DNA of 64,000 bases from Squalus acanthias (lineage: Eukaryota), in assembly GCA_030390025.1 (NCBI GenBank), contig CM059445.1:30008001-30072000 (forward strand). The letters are read 5' to 3'. The translations under genes and the position numbers were made by a program. The notes under the pieces were generated by a model. That model made no database searches. It was given only the letters and a program-made list of their open reading frames with translations, and was not told the DNA's origin. Shown here one piece after another: positions 58,440 through 64,000 of the stretch. Each line of letters opens with the position of its first letter. The stretch's first letter is position 1.

Positions 58440-60175
58440 TCTCTGTTGTTGAATGACCTCATTCATTTCTTTGAGGTCTGATTGGGGTGGAGTGCACTGT
58501 TTGTTTGTGAGACCCAGAGACAGATGTGTTCACATGAAGAACTTGGAGCAGCCATGAATGAGACGTTGTGATGGGTGTGTAACCAGGGGAGTGATGCTAG
58601 TCCGGGACATCTGACTAATAATTTGCCAACGCATTTCCCTAGCAGTTGGGACAATAGCCTCTTCTGTTTCAATATCCTCTTGATGTTGACTTCCAGATGC
58701 CTCCATCACCAGTTCACGTCTCTTTTTTAATTGTGAAGTTGTGTTGTAGGGCACAGCAAGCAACCATTCTGTGAAAGACCTGCTCGTGAGTGCAATCCAA
58801 GACTCCTCCAGATCTCTCAAGGAAGCAAAGTAGTTCCTTCAACATCCAAATCATTCTCTCAATGACCATTCCAGTTGATGAATGAGCCTCATTATGCTGA
58901 TGTTCAGCTGCTGAAGATAGCACTCAAAGCGGAGTCATGGGCCATGAAAGGATACACTTTGACCCTTTGAACACACACCAGACACTTAACTGTCTAACCC
59001 AAATACATTGGGAGGCTGAACTGCCTCATTACAAAAGTGTTACGACCACTCCTAGTAAATCTGGTATTCAAAGAGAATTTTTTACTGCTGGTTTCGAATT
59101 ATTTGAACACTCAGGGAGTGGCATCTCTTTCAATGAAGGAAATTCAAAGAGTTGGGTTCCATCCATTGCTGCTGAAATTTGGGGGATGGAACAACGTTAT
59201 AGAACTGAATGACCCTTTCATGTTGCTGCCCTGGTGCCAGTCCAAAATGGATGAATTCCGCAGCCTTCCTAAAGGCAGTATCCGTGACCTGGTGCATGCA
59301 GCCCTGGATGGCACACTGGGTGACGTTACACAGGTCCCCTGTTGCAAACTGGACGGAGCCGGTGGCATAAAAGTTGAGAATGGTACTCATTTTGACTGCC
59401 ACTGGAAGAGCTGCTTGGGCATTGGATTTTGCCTGCAGGTCTATTTGCAGAGGCTGGTAGAGGGGATACAAGGCTTTCTTGGTGAATCTTAGTCTACTAT
59501 TGGCACATCTCATTCAGGCCCTCATAAGAGCTCTAGGGCTCATTGACTCATACCGGGGGTCGTGGCGGTGATGGGGGTGGGGGGCGTTGGGGGCAGGGGG
59601 AGATTACTGGTGGTTTGGTCTCACCGTTATCCTATATGGCCAGACTGTCATTTGTTCCTCCTCCTCTTCCATTAATATGATGTATAGGGGAATTCTCATG
59701 GTGTTAAGAAGTATCCCTTGTTGTGGGCGGGGGTCGAGAAGTTTCAGGTGTCTAGAGAGTCCTTCACTTTGGCCCAGTTCAGCAGCTTCCCAAAGGGGAA
59801 AAAAAAGGAACAAGCTGCAGATAAACTGGGATATGAGCAGAATTTCTCAAAGCTCTGAGCTTCTCTTCAATAAGATCATCCTGGCAAGCACAGTATCTCT
59901 TTCATCAGTCGTAAGTTACACACAGTGCAGTGGGGGTGGTAATGACAAGAATTTTGATGTAAGATGTCATCTGTCATTACCGTTTGTTTTGCATGGCCAT
60001 GCTGCAAAAGGGGTCGGTGGAGGAAGGAACCATCCCAACATTCATTGGTAACTTCATCAGGGAAAAATGGGGCAAAGACCAGGCGAGAATGTGTCCCGCA
60101 CAAAATCTGATCCTCTGAATGATCCCATGCCGCCATTGTGCCCTGTTTTCAAAAATATCCAGGAAATTTGCAACC
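58440..60175 (-). pseudogene. Third, highly decayed Harbinger transposase element
   Basis: LRFTK..L..L...LQ, ALPVAVK.STILNFYATGSVQ, HNEAHSST.MVIER.I..LK and CCALQHN remnants. Terminus AAATTTGCAACC. Confidence 0.8.
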
Positions 60176-60307
60176 ATTGTAAGAAAGGTTCTTCATTGCT
60201 TTCTTTGTGAATTTTGAGTTCACCAAGTTGAAGTATTTTAGTGCTGGGGGACGGAACAGTTTCCATTTCTGCACCCAATGTTCACATGCAGCAGTTAGAT
60301 ACTCGAC

Positions 60308-60680
60308 ACTGTCCCATCAAATATTCTCAGATCAGATACAGCACAAGTTATAAACTGAGTAGAGCTAAACTGTCCCATCAAACACTCCCAGGGCAGGTAC
60401 AGCACGGGTTAGATACAGAGTAAAACTCCCCCTACATTGTCTCATCAAACACTCCCAGGGCAGGTACAGCACGGGTTAGATACAGCGTAAAACTCCCCCT
60501 ACATTGTCTCATAAAACACTCCCAGGGCAGGTACAGCACGGGTTAGATACAGAGTAAAGCTCCCTCTACACTGTCCCATCAAACACTCCCAGGGCAGATA
60601 CAGCACGGGTTAGATACAGAGTAAAGCTCCCTCTACACTGTTCCATCAAACACTCCCAGGGCAGGTACAGCACGGGTTAG
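60308..60680. repeat. 67-bp minisatellite, about 5.5 copies
   Basis: GGGCAG starts at 60391, 60458, 60525, 60592 and 60659, a period of 67. Confidence 0.92.
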
Positions 60681-60725
60681 TAAAGGTCCTTCTACTCTCC
60701 CAAAACAATGTAACTTAGTGCCAAT

Positions 60726-60872
60726 CAATGTTCCCTATAAGCTGTGTGGCCGCCCACGCAACCGATGAGCCGGCTTCTAAATATAAAAACTGCGTATGTA
60801 TGAAATTTTGAATGAACTGTGCAGCCCCTTAAAGGGGCCGCGCGGGCTAAAAAAAAATTAGAGGGAACATTG
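60726..60872. mobile_element. 147-bp hAT-type MITE
   Basis: TIR CAATGTTCCCT and AGGGAACATTG. Perfect 8-bp TSD GTGCCAAT at 60718-60725 and 60873-60880. Confidence 0.9.
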
Positions 60873-61372
60873 GTGCCAATCTCAGAAGAGTATCCCCTCT
60901 GCACTAATGGGGCAGTTTTTCCATTTCCCACACCTGCCATCCTGTGGCCTTTCTGAGTGAAATTGCCAATTTTTATTTTACTTAGTGCCAAATTGGCACA
61001 GTTTTGTCTTGTGAGCTAATGGTGCCATCAAATGGATGGAGAATACCCCAAATAATTTCAGGTTGGCCCCTTACATCTAGCTAGATTTTGCCCCATTAAT
61101 TTGGGCTGAACTTGAACCTAGATCTTGAGTGTAAGGTCACTGTCCAGTCCACAGGGCAGCCTGGACCCCAGGAATGCTTTTTACTATAAGTGACTTATGT
61201 CACATTTCATTCTGAGGCTGTACAAATATAAGAGGAGGGAAACGGGTCAGCATTAGTCCATCAGAACACTATGCTTTCACCTGTGTTTCCATTGAGCCCA
61301 CTCCAATAGGATGATATTCTCCTCTGTCTGTCAGCCGTAAGTGATATGAGTTTGGGTGTTTTGAACCAAGGT

Positions 61373-61927
61373 TCATAGAATCAGAGAATGGTTACAGCAC
61401 AGAAGGAGGCCATTCGGCCTGTTGAGCCCGTGCCGGCTCTCTGCAAGAGCACTTCAGCTGTTCCCACTCCCCCACCCTTTCCCCGTAGCCCTGCAAAATA
61501 TTTTCCTTTAGGTACTTATCCAATAACCTTTTGAAAGCCACGATTGAGTCTGTCTCCACCACCCTTTCAGGCAGTACATTCCAGATCATAACCACTCGCC
61601 AAATAAAAAAGTTTTTACTTACGTGGCCTTTGGTTCTTCTGCCAATCACCTTAAATCTGAGTCCTCTGTTTCTCGACCCTTCCGCCAATGGGAACAGTTT
61701 CTCTCTATCTACTCTGTCCAGACCCCTCATGATTTTGAACACCTCTATCAAATCTCCTCTCAACCTATTCTGCTCGAAGGAGAACAACCCCAGCTTCTCC
61801 AGTCTATCCACGTAACTGAAGTCCCTCATCCCTGGAACCATTCTTGTAAATCTTTTCTGCACCCTCTCTAAGGCCTTCACATCCTTCCTAAAGTGCGGTG
61901 CCCAGAATTGGACACAATACTCCAGTT
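61373..61927 (-). mobile_element. CR1 3' fragment
   Basis: ORF 61392-61880 is the CR1 RT C-terminus. Confidence 0.9.
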
Positions 61928-63499
61928 CACATAAAGAAACCTTCTAACAGGGAATGGGATTAATTGATTTTGGCAACTAACCGTTAACCTTCACCACCTT
62001 CTGTCCTTCTCTTCAATTGTCCCTTTCCCACTCTCTTTCTCTCCTTGAGTTTCTGTATTTCACTGACCATTTGTTTCTTTGTTTAACCAGGATACATTTC
62101 TTTTTAACCCTCCCTCTCCCTGAACCTCTCACGCCACCTCTCTCTCCTCCTTTAAAAACCTGCCTTTCGACTGGACATCCTGTCACCTCTCCTGACCCTT
62201 TCACTGGTGCTCAGTGCCATTTCTCCTCAGAGAACTGCCTTGGGATATTTACAACATTAAAGCTGTTGTATAAAGGCTGCTGCAATTGCCTCTTCTCTTA
62301 CTATTGGTTTTACTTATTGATTATTTTCAGATTCTTCTCATTCTCAGACGTTATAATTTATCTTTTAATCTCAACTCTGTTGGAATATTTTTCTGGTAAG
62401 TTTTTGAAAAATAAATCCTACTTTTCTCCCTTTTCCTCCCCTCTTCTCCTGAAAGCATTGCCTCTTGCTGGGTTCCAGGTCCGTGAGTATTAGCTGTTCT
62501 CCAGTGCCTCATAAGTGGCCTCAATGTGGTCATTCTTCATCCGTGGCCCTTAACAATAAGTGCCAGTTGGCTATTCCAGCACAGAGGCATCACAGTCTGG
62601 CCAAATCCCATTCTCAACCAAGCTTACACACATGAGCTTCCCATCAGGGGTCACTGGATGGTGATCAGGAGCAGGAAGCCCAGCTCACTTTTCCTCTCCT
62701 TTGCTCAATGACACTGAGGCCAACCAGTACTGGTGGCCCCGCTGAGATCAGTTAACTCAGCACAAGCAGAGAATTGAAACTGAGGTCTGCTGGACTTATA
62801 ACCGCATGGGATGGGGTCATTTATAAGCCCATTGAGGGGATTTTCATCTTTCATAATGGCTCTTTCATCCAGGGCCACGTTAAAAATTCTTGGGGCCCTG
62901 GGAACCTTCCCCCTCACATCCCCCTCCATTGAAACACAAACGTGTAACAAAATGTCTAAAGAATGAATATCCAACCCTGTGAAGAACTGCAGAAGTGTCA
63001 AGAGGTTCTTCCACCTTATCTTCCCACCCCGCTGTGAGGCTCTGATGGCACCTTCCACCCTGCTCACGGGCATCTTTGACCACGCCTTCCTGCCGCAAGG
63101 ACCACCTAATGCATGTAAGACCACCATCAATAACTAAAGCACCCCCCCCCCCCCCCTCCCCAGTGTTCAAATCTCACTGCTTGCCATGCATTGCAATTGA
63201 CCACTGGCGGGGGATCCATCATTGGCTGGAGCTCCAGGCCCACACGTTAATACTTTGCAGGCATCAACTCCTCAACGCAATATCCACCTTTGCTGAATGA
63301 ATTTCCCTCTTTCATTCTCCAGCAGCATCAAGGCGTGTGTTACCGTTCATGACATGTTAGGAAAAAGCAGCCTGGGGCCCACAAGATTGGCATGCAGGAA
63401 CCTTAATGTCCTTCCTCTGGTGACCAACAATTGTGCTGCTTTGTGCAATCAGGCCTAGAGCTCACTGATTATAATTCAAAGTGAATCATTCAACCAGTT

Positions 63500-63672
63500 T
63501 TACAACCCTCCGAGATCTCTGTGCTCCTCCAATTCTGGCCTCTTGCACTTCCTCGATTTCATTTGCTCCACCATTGGCGGCCTTCAGCTGCCTAGGCCTC
63601 TGGAATTCCCTCCCTAAACTGCTCCTGTGAAGATTTTACGACACAGGCGCTATATAAATGCATGTTGTTGTT
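63500..63672 (+). mobile_element. L2 tail fragment (another at about 62110-62285)
   Basis: CTCCTCCAATTCTGGCCTCTTG...GGCGCTATATAAATGCATGTTGTTGTTG. Confidence 0.7.
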
Positions 63673-63807
63673 GAATTTGTACAGCCAATTGCTGCAATCA
63701 CTGAAAAAATAACATTTGTTAAAAGGTCTTAGATTTAAAGAGATAGAATCAACCAATAAATTCTTTCAATGTTGCATTTCTTTGAGGGCCTAGGAACTAA
63801 AGACTTT

Positions 63808-64000
63808 GGGGTTGAATTCCGCAGAGGTTCTCCCAAGCATCCTCCGTAACTTTGGCCGCACACCCGTGGAAACCCTGGAAAAATATGGCGTTTACACCGG
63901 TTCTCCAGGGTCTCCGTGGATCTTCTGCCAAAGAACCCCCATAGAAATGAATGGCGATTGCCTCAGGATCTACTTCTGCTCTCGGTGGAATTGGCTGATC
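63808..64000. mobile_element. Start of a Harbinger-type MITE, truncated by the window edge
   Basis: GGGGTTGAATT terminus preceded by AAAGAC-TTT, with CpG-rich subterminal repeats. Confidence 0.4.

Larger units (their letters stand above)
60215..61170 (-). mobile_element. LF-SINE-like SINE with an internal MITE and a tandemly amplified tail
   Basis: Reverse complement reads GGTTCAAGTTCAGCCC...CAAAACTGTGCCAATTTGGCACTAA...CTCAGAAAGGCCACAGGAT...CCCGTGCTGTACCTG. The tail end matches 20340-20420. Confidence 0.6.

Noticed and set aside
60224-60266. ATG GAA ACT...CTT G|gtgaac as somatolactin exon 1 (phase 1 fits)
   Set aside because: It lies in the SINE tail that also occurs at 20340-20420, and the donor is weak.
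60308-60680. 67-bp periodic array as CRISPR
   Set aside because: There are no variable spacers, and the unit derives from a SINE tail.

Overview
This is vertebrate genomic DNA, most likely from a shark or other elasmobranch. That assignment is inferred from the repeats: CR1 and L2 LINEs, a SacSINE1/DeuSINE-like SINE, Penelope-like elements (PLEs) and Harbinger transposons. The one host gene I can support is a minus-strand somatolactin (GH/PRL/SL family) gene. Its exons 2-5 lie at 55840-55650, 41757-41650, 28830-28651 and 17331-17137. They have canonical GT-AG boundaries, GH-family intron phases (1,0,0,0) and 11-14 kb repeat-filled introns. Exon 1 was not identified and may lie beyond the window. 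The spliced protein is open but unusual: the N-terminal disulfide partner Cys is lost (CGT), two new Cys are gained, there is no N-glycosylation sequon, and the helix 1-2 loop carries a KRRR motif. The rest is mostly mobile DNA. It includes two PLE families carrying about 12 minimal hammerhead ribozyme motifs, among them ~160-bp ribozyme-only mini-elements and a 1.5-kb fold-back insertion. There are also dead Harbinger elements with Myb and transposase genes, hAT-type MITEs with 8-bp TSDs, and an LF-SINE-like SINE whose tail unit has expanded into a 67-bp minisatellite. Comparisons to known consensus sequences are from memory; no searches were run. Repeat boundaries are approximate unless a TSD is given.
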